A stretch of DNA of 63,977 nt, filler included, from an uncultured Myxococcia bacterium (GTDB lineage: Bacteria; CAZTWC01): NCBI GenBank assembly GCA_964617105.1. It is 16 parts of 16 records of this genome, joined end to end, with 100 filler letters (N's around TTAATTAATTAA, not from the genome) between each part and the next. Parts side by side here need not be neighbours in the genome. Positions count along the whole stretch, not along the records: positions 52,582 to 56,362 come from CAZTWC010000344.1; positions 56,463 to 60,229 come from CAZTWC010000345.1; positions 60,330 to 63,977 come from CAZTWC010000351.1; 13 more parts are not named here. One strand, 5' to 3'. Shown piece by piece: positions 53,812 through 63,977 of this stretch (positions are counted from its first letter, which is position 1; each line of letters begins with the position of its first letter). The position numbers and the translations under genes are program-made. The notes beneath the pieces are model-generated. The model saw only the letters and a list, made by a program, of their open reading frames with translations. It was not told the origin of the DNA and made no database searches.

Positions 53812-55533
53812 ATGGAACTGGATACACTGGTAAAATTGCCTGAAACCATCCAAAACCTGGGTAGGTTCAGGGAGATCTTAACCGTACTGATCAAGCATGG
53901 TTTCGGAGATATTGTCACCCGTCTGGGAATAGATTCCTATCTGGAAGTTGGAAAAAGGATGCTGGCCAAGGTCCAGAAAAAAGAGGCGGTGCCGTTGGAG
54001 GTGTTGCCCAGCACCGAAGAACGGATCAGGATAATTTTTGAAGAATTAGGCTCTACCTTTATCAAACTGGGACAGATTATGGCCACCCGGGCCGATATTC
54101 TCCCCATGAGTATGATAACCGAGTTGCGTAAACTGCAGGACCAGGTACCCCCTTTTGATTTTGAGCAAGTGAAGGATAAAATTCAACAGGCTATTGGCAA
54201 ACCGCTGGAGGAGATTTTTTCCGACTTTGAATCTACGCCCCTGGCTGCCGCCTCCATCGCTCAGGTCCACCGTGCATATCTTAAAGATAAAAACATACAG
54301 GTGGTGGTTAAGGTTCAGAGGCCGGGATTGCCAAAAATGGTGCGCACCGACCTGCAGATTCTCCACTTTATGGCTAAGTTGATAGAGGAAAAAATTCCCT
54401 CCTGCCGCCAATACCGACTGGTTACCCTGGTAGAGGTGTTCTCCCGCTCCATCAAAATGGAGATGGATTTTATCAACGAAGCCCACAATATAGAAAAATT
54501 CAGCCGCAATTTTTCCGACACTCCCCAGGTGCGATTGGCCAAAGTGTTTTTAGACTATTCCAGTCAACAGGTATTGACCATGGAATACCTGGAAGGCGCC
54601 AAGGTGACGGAAACTGAAAAATTGGACCAGATGGGAATCGACCGCAAACAGGTGGCCCTCTTAGGGTCTCAAATAGTTTTGCGCTCCATTTTCGAACACG
54701 GTTTTTTCCACGCTGACCCCCATCCAGGCAACTTCTTTATCCAACCGGGCAATGTATTCTGCCTAATTGATTTTGGTATGATGGGCCGGTTAGAACAGAA
54801 CCGCATAGACGAACTGCTTTCTTTTTTGGTTTCTATTGTAACCAATGATACCGAGATGATGGTCAATCTGTTTTTAGAGTTGGAACTAATAGATGATCAG
54901 GTAGATATAAGGGCATTGAAATCAGATGTAACCACCCTGATTGACCGTTACATCAATTTGCCTCTGCACGAGATCAACATGGGCGAATTTATGACTCTGG
55001 TATTTGAAGTGGTGGTGCGGCACCAGGTCAAATTGCCGGCCGATCTATTTCTGGTGGCAAAATCTATCACCACCATGGAGGGGGTCGCCCAGGAGTTGTT
55101 TCCCGACTATGATCCTATCCAGGTGATGCGCCCCTTTCTGATCAGCACCTATTTGAAACGAGTGGTGGATCCGGCCAAGCATGCCAAACGCCTGGCTAAT
55201 GTAGCCAACCAATATCGGCTTTTATTGCGTCAATTACCGGTGGATCTTCGAGGGATCTTAAAAAAAATGCGCACCGGTGAATTCCTGGTCAACTACAATC
55301 TACCTCAACTGGATCAATATCTTGCTGAGCAAAATAAACAGAGCAACCGGAAAATTCTTGCTTTCTTAATCAGCACTTTTATGGTTATCTCTTCCATCTT
55401 GGCTTTGGTGGATATCGGACCCTCTTTGCTGGGGGTACAGTTCAATTATCTCCTGGCTTTTATGGGATTTGGGGTCTCCTTCTGCTTGCTGTTTATCCTG
55501 CTAATCGCCATAATTCGTTCCAAGGGATTTTAA
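53812..55533 (+). CDS. ubiB: UbiB/AarF (ABC1) kinase-like protein
   Basis: ELGSTFIKLGQ, LAAASIAQVH, VVVKVQRP, FFHADPHPGN, IDFGM; C-terminal TMs. Confidence 0.92.
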   Translation: MELDTLVKLPETIQNLGRFREILTVLIKHGFGDIVTRLGIDSYLEVGKRMLAKVQKKEAVPLEVLPSTEERIRIIFEELGSTFIKLGQIMATRADILPMSMITELRKLQDQVPPFDFEQVKDKIQQAIGKPLEEIFSDFESTPLAAASIAQVHRAYLKDKNIQVVVKVQRPGLPKMVRTDLQILHFMAKLIEEKIPSCRQYRLVTLVEVFSRSIKMEMDFINEAHNIEKFSRNFSDTPQVRLAKVFLDYSSQQVLTMEYLEGAKVTETEKLDQMGIDRKQVALLGSQIVLRSIFEHGFFHADPHPGNFFIQPGNVFCLIDFGMMGRLEQNRIDELLSFLVSIVTNDTEMMVNLFLELELIDDQVDIRALKSDVTTLIDRYINLPLHEINMGEFMTLVFEVVVRHQVKLPADLFLVAKSITTMEGVAQELFPDYDPIQVMRPFLISTYLKRVVDPAKHAKRLANVANQYRLLLRQLPVDLRGILKKMRTGEFLVNYNLPQLDQYLAEQNKQSNRKILAFLISTFMVISSILALVDIGPSLLGVQFNYLLAFMGFGVSFCLLFILLIAIIRSKGF

Positions 55534-55550
55534 AATAGGAGCAACTGTTT

Positions 55551-56300
55551 ATGTTTATTCTGCTTACCAATGATGACGGATATTTTACTCCCGGCCTGAA
55601 AGCCCTGACCAGGGCGGTTGAAAAAGTGGCGGATATTGCTGTAATTGCACCGGAATCGGAAAAAAGTGCCATCAGCCACTCTATCTCTCTTCACGACCCC
55701 ATCCGAATCAAGGAGATCGCTGCTAATCGATATCTGGTCAAAGGCACTCCTACCGATTGTGTCTATTTGGGAATCAATTACATCTTAAATAAAAAACCAG
55801 ACCTGGTAATCGCTGGGATCAACCCGGGTGCCAATATGGGTGACGACATCACCTATTCTGGCACAGTATGTGCCGCCATGGAAGGCTGCCTACTGGGGGT
55901 GCCCTCTTTTGCCATCTCTTTGGCCAAATCGAGCAAAATGGATTTTGACAGTACCGCCCAGTTCGCCCTTAAGGTGATCAACTATATCTTAAAAAGCGGG
56001 TTGCCTAAAAATACCTTTTTAAATATTAATGTGCCAGCCGAAGTGGACCCTTTGGAAACAAAAGTAGTTTATACCAGCATGGGCCGGCGAAAATATGGCG
56101 GTGAAATTATCCGCCGGGTGGACCCCAGGGGTAACCAATACTATTGGATTGGCGGTGATGAAAACGGGTATATCCCCATCAAGGAGAGCGATTGTTTGAT
56201 GCTGCACAACAAATTCGTTTCTATCACTCCCCTTAAAATTGATCTCACAGATTATAAATTTTTAGAGGAGATGGACAAGAGTTTCGATTGGAAAAAATAA
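55551..56300 (+). CDS. surE: 5'/3'-nucleotidase SurE
   Basis: ILLTNDDG, GTPTDCV, GINPGANMG, YSGTV, SITPL. Confidence 0.97.
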   Translation: MFILLTNDDGYFTPGLKALTRAVEKVADIAVIAPESEKSAISHSISLHDPIRIKEIAANRYLVKGTPTDCVYLGINYILNKKPDLVIAGINPGANMGDDITYSGTVCAAMEGCLLGVPSFAISLAKSSKMDFDSTAQFALKVINYILKSGLPKNTFLNINVPAEVDPLETKVVYTSMGRRKYGGEIIRRVDPRGNQYYWIGGDENGYIPIKESDCLMLHNKFVSITPLKIDLTDYKFLEEMDKSFDWKK

Positions 56301-56462
56301 TATGGATAAAGCGATCAATCTAACCGATAGAAAGAGAAAAGGATTTTTTGTTTGGATCCGGGNNNNNNNNNNNNNNNNNNNNNNNNNNNNNNNNNNNNNN
56401 NNNNNNTTAATTAATTAANNNNNNNNNNNNNNNNNNNNNNNNNNNNNNNNNNNNNNNNNNNN

Positions 56463-56954
56463 TAAAACCTTTAGAAAATCATCTTGTATATACTCACTCA
56501 TTACCACCTTGCCCACATCGTGCAATAAACCGGCAATAAACAGTTCTTCTCCATCCTTTTTCAACTGTTGCCTGGCTATTACCCGGGCGGCTACCGCCGT
56601 GCCGATGGAATGTTTCCATAACTTGGCCCGATCAAAAACTACTTTTTGATCCCCCTTAGAGTGGAAAAACATTTTAAAAATTGTAGCGGTGAGGGCAATA
56701 TTTTTCACTGCTGCAAAGCCTAAAATCACCACCGCCTGAGTTACGGTTTTTACCCTTTTGGTCAAACCGTAATAGGCTGAATTAGCCAATTTTAAGGTGG
56801 TGGCTGTCAAAGACTGATCCTGGGAGATAACCCGTTGCACATCGTAGGCAGATACTCGAGGGTCCTGGACCATATCCGCTATTTTACTTACCACATGTGG
56901 CAAAGTTGGCAAACTTTCTATCGATTCCAAAAGGTCTATTAACTCTTGTTTCAT
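56463..56954 (-). CDS. HDOD-domain protein (3' partial)
   Basis: LPTLP, DQSL..LKLANSAYYG, LWKHSIG, AGLLHDVGK. Confidence 0.92.
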
Positions 56955-57066
56955 TTGCTATTTCCTAAATCGAAATAATACGTCAAGGATTAAATCATTT
57001 CGGGCAACGTCCCTAAAGGGATCACCTCCTGCGTCGGCGTCCGCAGATGCGCTGCTATCGTCGCCC

Positions 57067-57408
57067 TTATTCGGCTATTGATTCCTTAAACTGCTTAACC
57101 GAAACCCTAAACAACTCGGACATAAAAGCATCTTTTTTATGCTGACTAAAAATTTGGTCCAAACTGGCAATATACTCACTAATCTCCTTTTTTACCTCTT
57201 GTTCCGATTTCTGTGGCAACGTTTCCTTGCCCCGGACATTAATCTTTCCTACCCGCCAACTCTTTAATATCTTTAAACTTCTGGCTGTCAACTCGGTTTC
57301 CTGGCGCAGCAACAGTTGTCCGCGCTCGTTTAACACGTCATCTGCCAACACCATCCCCTCTTTAACTTCTGATATCTTTATAACCGGCATAATATCTCCA
57401 ACTTTCAA
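57067..57408 (-). CDS. Hypothetical protein resembling the N-terminal domain of HD-GYP proteins
   Basis: ISEVKEGMVLADDV....GQLLL....LT. Confidence 0.6.
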   Translation of the reverse strand: MKVGDIMPVIKISEVKEGMVLADDVLNERGQLLLRQETELTARSLKILKSWRVGKINVRGKETLPQKSEQEVKKEISEYIASLDQIFSQHKKDAFMSELFRVSVKQFKESIAE

Positions 57409-58379
57409 GGTTTTGACAATTTCACAGCATTTAAAATTGCCTGTTCCACCACCCGGCAGGCCAAAGCTGAAACAAAAAGGGGAGCAACACTTTTTTCACC
57501 CAGGCTGGCGGCTATAATTAAATCACCGTCAGCCGGAGTTCCGGCTGGCTTTATAGTGGCGTACAGGGCATTGGTAATAAAATGGGCCATTTTAAATAAC
57601 TGAACCCGCTCCAACTCTATGTTGGTAAGTAATAGCAACAAAGTGGTATTCTCCGCCCCTTCCCCGGTGGGTTCCTCTTTTTGTCCCCAAATTTGCGATC
57701 CTTGCTGAAGCATGGTTTCCAGAGTTCCGGGAAAGTCAGATCTCTCTATTTCCGGACTAAGACCAGCCACTATTTTTCCAGTATTCGGATCAACCACATC
57801 GCCAAAGGCATTGACAACTGCCAGAGCGGCTATTACTGCACCATTGGATAACAAAAAACTAGCACTGCCGATTCCACCTTTCATGGCTCGCTCATACCCC
57901 ATCAATTTGCCCACGGTGGCGCCGGTTCCAGCGCCTATTGATCCCTGATCCACCTTCTTATTCGAAGCATCCAGGCAGGCCTGGTATCCCATTTGAGCAT
58001 CGGGCCAGATATCGGACCGGCCTATACCTAGATCATAAATTGCAGCAGTGGGCACAGTTGGTATTAACGCCGCCCGGGTGGCAAATCCCCGCTTATTCTC
58101 CCGCAAATATTTCATCACACCGGCAGCAGCGTCTAGTCCAAAAGCGCTACCTCCGGTAAAAAATATAGAATCGATTTGACCTACCGAGTGAAAGGGATCC
58201 AAAATAGAACACTGCCGGTGAGAAGAGGCCATACCAACGGTTATTCCCGCAGCCCGTGCTGGCTGCTTATCAAATAGGACAACACTGCAGCCCGTGGCGG
58301 CCTCGGATTGGGTGGAATGCCCTACCTTGACTCCAGGAACATCGGTCAGACCCTTTGAACCTTGATGGTATTTTTCCAT
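57405..58379 (-). CDS. P1/S58 (DmpA-like) peptidase
   Basis: LTDVPGVKVGH, TGGSAFGL, GSIGAGTGAT, KGGIGSA, VNAFGDV, NTT, DGD. Confidence 0.92.
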   Translation of the reverse strand: MEKYHQGSKGLTDVPGVKVGHSTQSEAATGCSVVLFDKQPARAAGITVGMASSHRQCSILDPFHSVGQIDSIFFTGGSAFGLDAAAGVMKYLRENKRGFATRAALIPTVPTAAIYDLGIGRSDIWPDAQMGYQACLDASNKKVDQGSIGAGTGATVGKLMGYERAMKGGIGSASFLLSNGAVIAALAVVNAFGDVVDPNTGKIVAGLSPEIERSDFPGTLETMLQQGSQIWGQKEEPTGEGAENTTLLLLLTNIELERVQLFKMAHFITNALYATIKPAGTPADGDLIIAASLGEKSVAPLFVSALACRVVEQAILNAVKLSKP

Positions 58380-58438
58380 TGGAGAGCCTCCTCCCGCTTT
58401 TTGCTTATTTTTACTGAATGATAATTAATGAAATGTTA

Positions 58439-59824
58439 TCAATTTCTCATGCTGGTCAAAGGGGCAGGAATGCGGCCTTTGATATTGATGAACGGAGAGC
58501 AATCCTTTTGGCTCACCGCCATAACCGGTGCTTCACCCAGCAAACCTCCATAGTCCACTGACTGGCCCACGCTTTTACCAATAATAGGAATTATTCTTAC
58601 AGCGGTAGTCTTGTTATTTACCACCCCAATCGATATCTCATCTGCTAAAATTGCTGAAACTGTAGTGGCCGGCGTATCTCCCGGGATAGCCACCATGTCC
58701 AGTCCCACCGAACATACAGCAGTCATAGCCTCCAATTTCTCCAGACTCAGGCTTTTATTCTTTACCGCCTCGATCATCCCCCCGTCTTCACTTACCGGTA
58801 TAAAAGCACCGCTTAGACCACCGATATGAGATGAAGCCATAGCCCCACCCTTTTTAACCGCGTCGGTTAAAAGAGAGAGAGCAGCGGTGGTGCCAGGAAT
58901 TCCCACCGATTCCAATCCCATTGCTTCCAGGATATTGGCAACACTGTCACCCACCGCAGGAGTTGGCGCCAGGGACAGGTCAACTATACCGAAACGCACC
59001 GGCGCTCCCAATCTTCTGGCCACCTCTCGACCAATAAGTTCACCGGCCCTGGTTATTTTGAAAGCCATCCGTTTTATCACCCCCACCAAATCACTGAAAG
59101 TAAAGTCGGGATTATATTTTTTCATACGGTTTATCGCGGAGAGCACTACCCCCGGTCCACTGACTCCAACATTGATTACACATTCCGATTCCCCCACGCC
59201 GTGGTTGGCTCCGGCAATAAATGGATTATCTTCGGGCATGTTGGCAAAACACACCAGTCGGGCACAACCTATCGAACCCCGGTCAGCGGTTTTATTGGCC
59301 ACCCTCTTAATAACCTCTCCCATAATTCGGACAGCGTCCATGTTGATGCCGGCAAGGGTGGAGGCCAGGTTTACCGAAGCACAAACCCGTTCGGTTATAG
59401 GTAAAACCTCTGCAATAGAGTGGATCAGTTTCAAATCACCCGGAGTAAATCCTTTATGCACCAGGGCTGAAAAGCCTCCGATATAATCAACTTTGATATC
59501 TTTCGCCGCCTTATCCAAAGCCAATCCAATAGGAGTATAATCATCGGTAAGACAACTTTCGGCCACAATCGCCACCGGAGTAACGGCCACCCTTTTATTA
59601 ACTATAGGGATAGCAAACTCCTCCTCCACTTCAGTAGCGCAGGAGAGTAACCGGCTGCCGTAATTAGTTATCTTATTATATATAAGTTCCGCAGTTTGAT
59701 TTACATCCCTGGAGGCGGTATCCCGCAAAGAGATTCCCATGGTCACGGTGCGGATATCGAGATTCTCTGACTCGATCATACGTAAAGTTTGAGTTACTTC
59801 ATCTTCGGCCCAATACATCCTCAC
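58439..59824 (-). CDS. DUF711/UPF0210 (PFL-like) protein
   Basis: [52 protein letters not shown]. Confidence 0.93.
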   Translation of the reverse strand: MRMYWAEDEVTQTLRMIESENLDIRTVTMGISLRDTASRDVNQTAELIYNKITNYGSRLLSCATEVEEEFAIPIVNKRVAVTPVAIVAESCLTDDYTPIGLALDKAAKDIKVDYIGGFSALVHKGFTPGDLKLIHSIAEVLPITERVCASVNLASTLAGINMDAVRIMGEVIKRVANKTADRGSIGCARLVCFANMPEDNPFIAGANHGVGESECVINVGVSGPGVVLSAINRMKKYNPDFTFSDLVGVIKRMAFKITRAGELIGREVARRLGAPVRFGIVDLSLAPTPAVGDSVANILEAMGLESVGIPGTTAALSLLTDAVKKGGAMASSHIGGLSGAFIPVSEDGGMIEAVKNKSLSLEKLEAMTAVCSVGLDMVAIPGDTPATTVSAILADEISIGVVNNKTTAVRIIPIIGKSVGQSVDYGGLLGEAPVMAVSQKDCSPFINIKGRIPAPLTSMRN

Positions 59825-59891
59825 ATCCTAACTTATTGGTATTTAAAATTTCTCAATCATTTGACCCTTGCCAATGATAATTCGCCTTTTG

Positions 59892-60229
59892 CTATACCCG
59901 GTGCATAGTTCGGAGGATATCTTCGTGCATCACTACTGTTTCTACCCCTATTTGCCCTGAAACTTGCTTAATATTCTCTTTGAACCGTTTGAAATTTAAA
60001 CTGTTCTCAGACAGGGTTGTGAGATTGGCCACCACGATCATGGTGAAAAACTCACCGATAATAGTCTGGCTGATATCCATAATATCTACATTCATGGAAG
60101 CCATAGCAGCGGTAATACCAGCCACAATACCAGTTTTATTGATGCCGGTGGTAATTATTAATGCCTTGGGAACCGCTGAGGACTTTGCACCTACCACCAC
60201 CTTTCTGGGGGTATCGTCAGAGGAGATTT
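59892..60229 (-). CDS. ACT-domain protein (UPF0237), start possibly beyond the contig end
   Basis: IITTGINKTGIVA..DISQTI..FFTMI..HEDILRTMHRV; standard partner of DUF711. Confidence 0.88.
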
Positions 60230-60329
60230 NNNNNNNNNNNNNNNNNNNNNNNNNNNNNNNNNNNNNNNNNNNNTTAATTAATTAANNNNNNNNNNNNNNN
60301 NNNNNNNNNNNNNNNNNNNNNNNNNNNNN

Positions 60330-60453
60330 CTCCAAAATCGATTTGAACGTTTCCTTCCGCACCGGAAAACAGGCTGGAAAAATCAGCATGCTCGTCAATA
60401 GTTCCCCCGATTTGCAAGGTAGAGCCAATTTTAGTAATGGTTATGCGAGACAC
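60330..60453 (-). CDS. N-terminus of a STAS-like protein paralogous to 42556-43377
   Basis: GGAGG RBS, GTG start: MSRITITKIGSTLQIGGTIDEHADFSSLF. Confidence 0.5.
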
Positions 60454-60679
60454 TTAGCCAGCCTCCATAGGGTTTTTTAAAAATAGGGTCACAAAAATTA
60501 CATTTTAATTTATTCCATTATACGAGAATGATTTATATTGTCAATAGTAGAAATGTTCTGTGAGTTCTGTCTTGAATTATAGTTGAAATTCTATTAGTAT
60601 CTCCAGGAAAAGATGAATATTCAGACAGAGATATTTAATAAGTATCCATTTCAGTAACCTAATTATAAGTATTATTGAT

Positions 60680-61211
60680 TATGATTTATCGAATACTATT
60701 GGCAATTTGGCTTCTTTTTTTAACTGCGGCTCCCGTAACAGCTGTTTACGCTCAAAAGAGCAAGTATAAATACAGCGGCGTTCCTCTGGATATCAAATTA
60801 GGCGGCCTTTTCAGCGCGGATGATTCATCCTTTGCCCTGTTTGAAGTGGGAGGAGATTATAATATTCCGCTAAAAGGTAAGATGTTAATGGAGATGAGCG
60901 GTTTTCTGGCCATGACCTCTCATAGTATCGGCCTTGATTTGGGTAGTGGGGTCCGATATCGTTTTGCCAATCTTTCTTTGCCAATCATCCCTTACTTACG
61001 CGGCAACGTTTCAACTATTTTTTTGAAAGGAAGGGGCATTTTCAATTTTTTGCTCTGCCCCAAGGGCGGCGGCGGAATTACCTTCCCGGTAGAGGACAAC
61101 GTTGGTTTTGGTATGGAATTGACCCTGGATCTACTGTTTCATATAAGCCCCAAAGCTTATTTTGCCCCGGGTATGAGTTTCATGGTTTTTTGGGAGTTCA
61201 TGAATTTTTAG
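60680..61211 (+). CDS. Putative small outer-membrane beta-barrel protein
   Basis: Signal peptide; alternating Gly/aromatic strands; terminal Phe. Confidence 0.55.
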
Positions 61212-61995
61212 CCCCAATATCTATTAATCCCGATAAAGTTGAACTGTCGGCCCAATAATTTGCCATCACCACGGTATGAGAAAAAGTAATCCTGAAGACA
61301 TCGGGTGCATAGAGGCAACAAGTCAATATGGCTGGCTGGCACACCGGCCTTTAATAATTGCCAGTAATTAATAGAGGCTAAATTGAGATAATATTTTTGG
61401 TTCTCTGCGCCCTCTTCTTGGTCTTGAAGAAGGTTGAATTTCTTATTGAAAAGATGGTAAACCTCCGGGCCTACCCGGTAACAGTTATCGCATATTGAAG
61501 GACCGATAGCAGCATAGATATTTCCAGGTTCAAGTTGGTATTTTTTCAAAAAGGTTTTCAGCGTTTTAGAGGTGATGCCCTCTAGTGTTCCTCTCCAACC
61601 GGCATGGATTGCCGCTACACCACTTTTCTTGTTGCTTGCCAATAGGACCGGTACGCAATCGGCGGTGGTTACTGCCGCCAACAGTCCCGGTATGTCGCTC
61701 ATAACTGCATCGGCGTTACATTGCTGATACTTGCTTAAATCTTCACTCAAATCATTATCCAAGTTTTTGGCGTTGGTCTCAATCTGGATACAGTTGACGC
61801 CATGAACCTGTTTTAGGACGACATACGCTGGGGAAACAGTAAATTTACTGTTTGTTCATCTGGCTCTTGATGTGGTAATGCGGGAAGATCTTTTATTTTA
61901 CCAACCGTAAATCCGTGTTGAATGTAGGGAAAAGGGGAAAAAACCGAGGAGGTTATTACCAATTGGCCGCCAAAGTTGTTAAAAAATAGAGTCAT
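61208..61995 (-). pseudogene. pgeF: PgeF/YfiH family protein with one frameshift near 61830-61850
   Basis: HGFT in ORF 61813-61995; LKQVHG, ADA, TADCVP, HAGWRG, IGPSIC, FFSYR in the shifted frame. Confidence 0.85.
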
Positions 61996-62016
61996 TATTT
62001 TGGAGATAAAGTGAAT

Positions 62017-62793
62017 TTAAATAATCTCTACCAAATTGTTTGGTAGCCATCCTTCTAACCCGCTGGGGGTCTTGATTTTAAACCATTTATTCTCTTGGGA
62101 GAGTACCCTTACTTTCAATCCCTTTATCCCTTTGAAAGTGGGAGTAAATTTTTTATCTGGACCTTCTTTCACCTGGCAGTCCTCAGTAATAATGATCCCG
62201 TAATCCATTTTTTCCACCGCGTAAATTTTAGCCGCAAAGGGTATTGCGACTAAGAAAGCCATGATTGCCAAGGGGATGGCCACCCGTTTAGCCAGGTAGA
62301 TGATTTTGATGTGGCCGATTTTTAAAATTAGCATAGAAATCCAAAGCAACCCGTTCAACAATAAAAAAATAGCGGCCAGTAGGTTCATATCAATTGATTC
62401 TATCATCTGCATCAGGGCGGAAAAGCCGCCGTTATGTCTGGTCAGTAATTGCCAATTTTTTTTTCGAGATAGTTTGGACAGGATAAAGTCAATATTCTCT
62501 TTGGCCATTTTGTGGCCCGGTGAAATTTTTAAGGCTTTTTCCAAATGCAGCCGCGCCTTTCCCAGTTGGTCCATTTGGTAATAGGAGTTGGCCAGATTGT
62601 AATGCAGATCTGGGTTTATAAAACCCAGTTTTAGCAGGGAGAGGTATTCTTGGGCAGCTTTCTGATAGTCATTGTCTAAAAAAGCCTGGTTGGCTCTGGA
62701 AAACATTTCGGTGGTCTTTTCTGCTGCCAACCCGTTGTTACCATTGATTACCGCCATCAGGAGGAGAGGAATTAAAATAAGATGGTATTTCAT
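62017..62793 (-). CDS. BatE-like TPR + SH3 membrane protein
   Basis: ANQAF..Y..A, YNLANSYY..LGKA..EKAL, two TMs, GLKVRVL..WFKI..GLEGW. Confidence 0.8.
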   Translation of the reverse strand: MKYHLILIPLLLMAVINGNNGLAAEKTTEMFSRANQAFLDNDYQKAAQEYLSLLKLGFINPDLHYNLANSYYQMDQLGKARLHLEKALKISPGHKMAKENIDFILSKLSRKKNWQLLTRHNGGFSALMQMIESIDMNLLAAIFLLLNGLLWISMLILKIGHIKIIYLAKRVAIPLAIMAFLVAIPFAAKIYAVEKMDYGIIITEDCQVKEGPDKKFTPTFKGIKGLKVRVLSQENKWFKIKTPSGLEGWLPNNLVEII

Positions 62794-63051
62794 GTGAAGA
62801 ACCTGTAGATAAGATTTTAATTTTTATATTGCAAAAAATTATACATTTTATTAAAATAACCCAATACGCATTTGATATCATCTTTTATGCACCGAATTGC
62901 TTGAATGATAAAGTATCTGTTGCTGGTTACCTGAAATCGATATCAGGTTAATTTTAACCATTTTTTTAACCGTGATCAAGCTCTGACTAAAAAAATTTAA
63001 CAGCAGGTCACATCCGCTTAAGAACCGGACCTTTGTGAGGGAGATAAAAAG

Positions 63052-63977
63052 ATGGAATTTCCAGAATACCGGCCTCGGCGGTTGCGCCGCAATCAGAATT
63101 TCCGGCGATTGATCCGCGAAACCAACTTGAGCGTCAGTGACTTTATTTATCCTCTTTTTATTATAGAGGGGAAAAAAAAACAGGTAGAGATAAAGGCTAT
63201 GCCCGGACAATACCGCCTCTCTATTGACCAGGCTGTTAAGGTCTGCCAACAGGTAGCCAAAGTCGGTATCCCGGGAGTAATTCTGTTTGGAATCCCCGAC
63301 ACAAAAGATTCTGTAGGAAGTGGTGCTTATCATCACAAGGGTGTTATCCAGCGCGCGGTTAGAGCGATAAAAAAAGAAGTGCCCAATTTGCTGGTAATAA
63401 CCGATGTCTGTCTTTGTGAATATACTGATCATGGTCACTGTGGTTTTATCCGAGGTCAGGAAGTTGACAATGACGCCACCCTGGAACTTTTAGCCAAAAC
63501 TGCGCTTTCTCATGCTCAATGTGGCGCCGATGCGGTGGCCCCTTCTGACATGATGGATGGGCGCATTGGTTATATAAGAGATAATCTGGATGAAAACGAT
63601 TTTGGTCAGGTTCCTATCATATCTTATGCAGCAAAATACTGTTCCGCCTACTACGGACCTTTTAGAGAAGCGGCGGATAGCGCCCCACAATTTTCTGATC
63701 GCCAGGGCTACCAGATGGATCCTGCCAATGTGCTCGAGGCTGTCAGGGAAGTTGACCTGGATATAGGAGAGGGGGCAGATGTAGTTATGGTAAAGCCTGC
63801 TCTAGCCTATTTAGATGTAATAAGCAGAATAAGAGATGAGTTTGATTATCCGCTGGCCGCCTATAATGTCAGCGGAGAATACTCGATGATTAAAGCGGCG
63901 GCCAAACTGGGTTGGATAGATGAAAAAAAAGTGGTGTTAGAAACCTTGACCGCCATAAAACGGGCGGGGGCTGATTT
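63052..63977 (+). CDS. hemB: Porphobilinogen synthase (3' partial; missing from ORF track)
   Basis: [70 protein letters not shown]. Confidence 0.97.
   Translation, partial: MEFPEYRPRRLRRNQNFRRLIRETNLSVSDFIYPLFIIEGKKKQVEIKAMPGQYRLSIDQAVKVCQQVAKVGIPGVILFGIPDTKDSVGSGAYHHKGVIQRAVRAIKKEVPNLLVITDVCLCEYTDHGHCGFIRGQEVDNDATLELLAKTALSHAQCGADAVAPSDMMDGRIGYIRDNLDENDFGQVPIISYAAKYCSAYYGPFREAADSAPQFSDRQGYQMDPANVLEAVREVDLDIGEGADVVMVKPALAYLDVISRIRDEFDYPLAAYNVSGEYSMIKAAAKLGWIDEKKVVLETLTAIKRAGAD

Noticed and set aside
62878-63690. Minus-strand ORFs 62878-63438 and 63490-63690, and similar short antisense ORFs throughout
   Set aside because: They are shadows of well-supported genes on the opposite strand (here hemB) and have no recognisable motifs.

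Overview
This window is not one locus. It is 16 unrelated ~3.7-4.0 kb contigs in decreasing size order, joined by 100-nt N/TTAATTAATTAA/N linkers (stops in all six frames), so synteny is only meaningful within a contig. Content suggests an AT-rich, deltaproteobacterial-type bacterium, probably a metagenome bin. Housekeeping genes: secA, tyrS, rpoB/rpoC, surE, hemB, a ubiB-like kinase and cheY. Also present: a TRAP transporter, several signalling proteins and many decayed mobile or fused genes. The best candidate for an undescribed system is contig 44771-48579, a RiPP-like cluster with two radical SAM/SPASM enzymes flanked by two small peptides. The peptides share a leader pattern and a core motif N-x-Y-P-x-x-x-C-G-I-S-[IV]-[FL]-G. 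Other notable items: a broken diversity-generating retroelement (CLec/FGE target 3' end with variable-region signature, GNRA hairpin, HRDC gene cut by an IS110 remnant); a second VR-like FGE lipoprotein; a degenerate non-DGR reverse transcriptase beside an AbiE toxin-antitoxin pair that abuts a truncated receiver-cyclase gene; an ABC-ATPase/TOPRIM pair; and a hybrid kinase-cyclase with a receiver-like domain inserted inside its HATPase. All calls come from motif recognition by eye; no searches were run.
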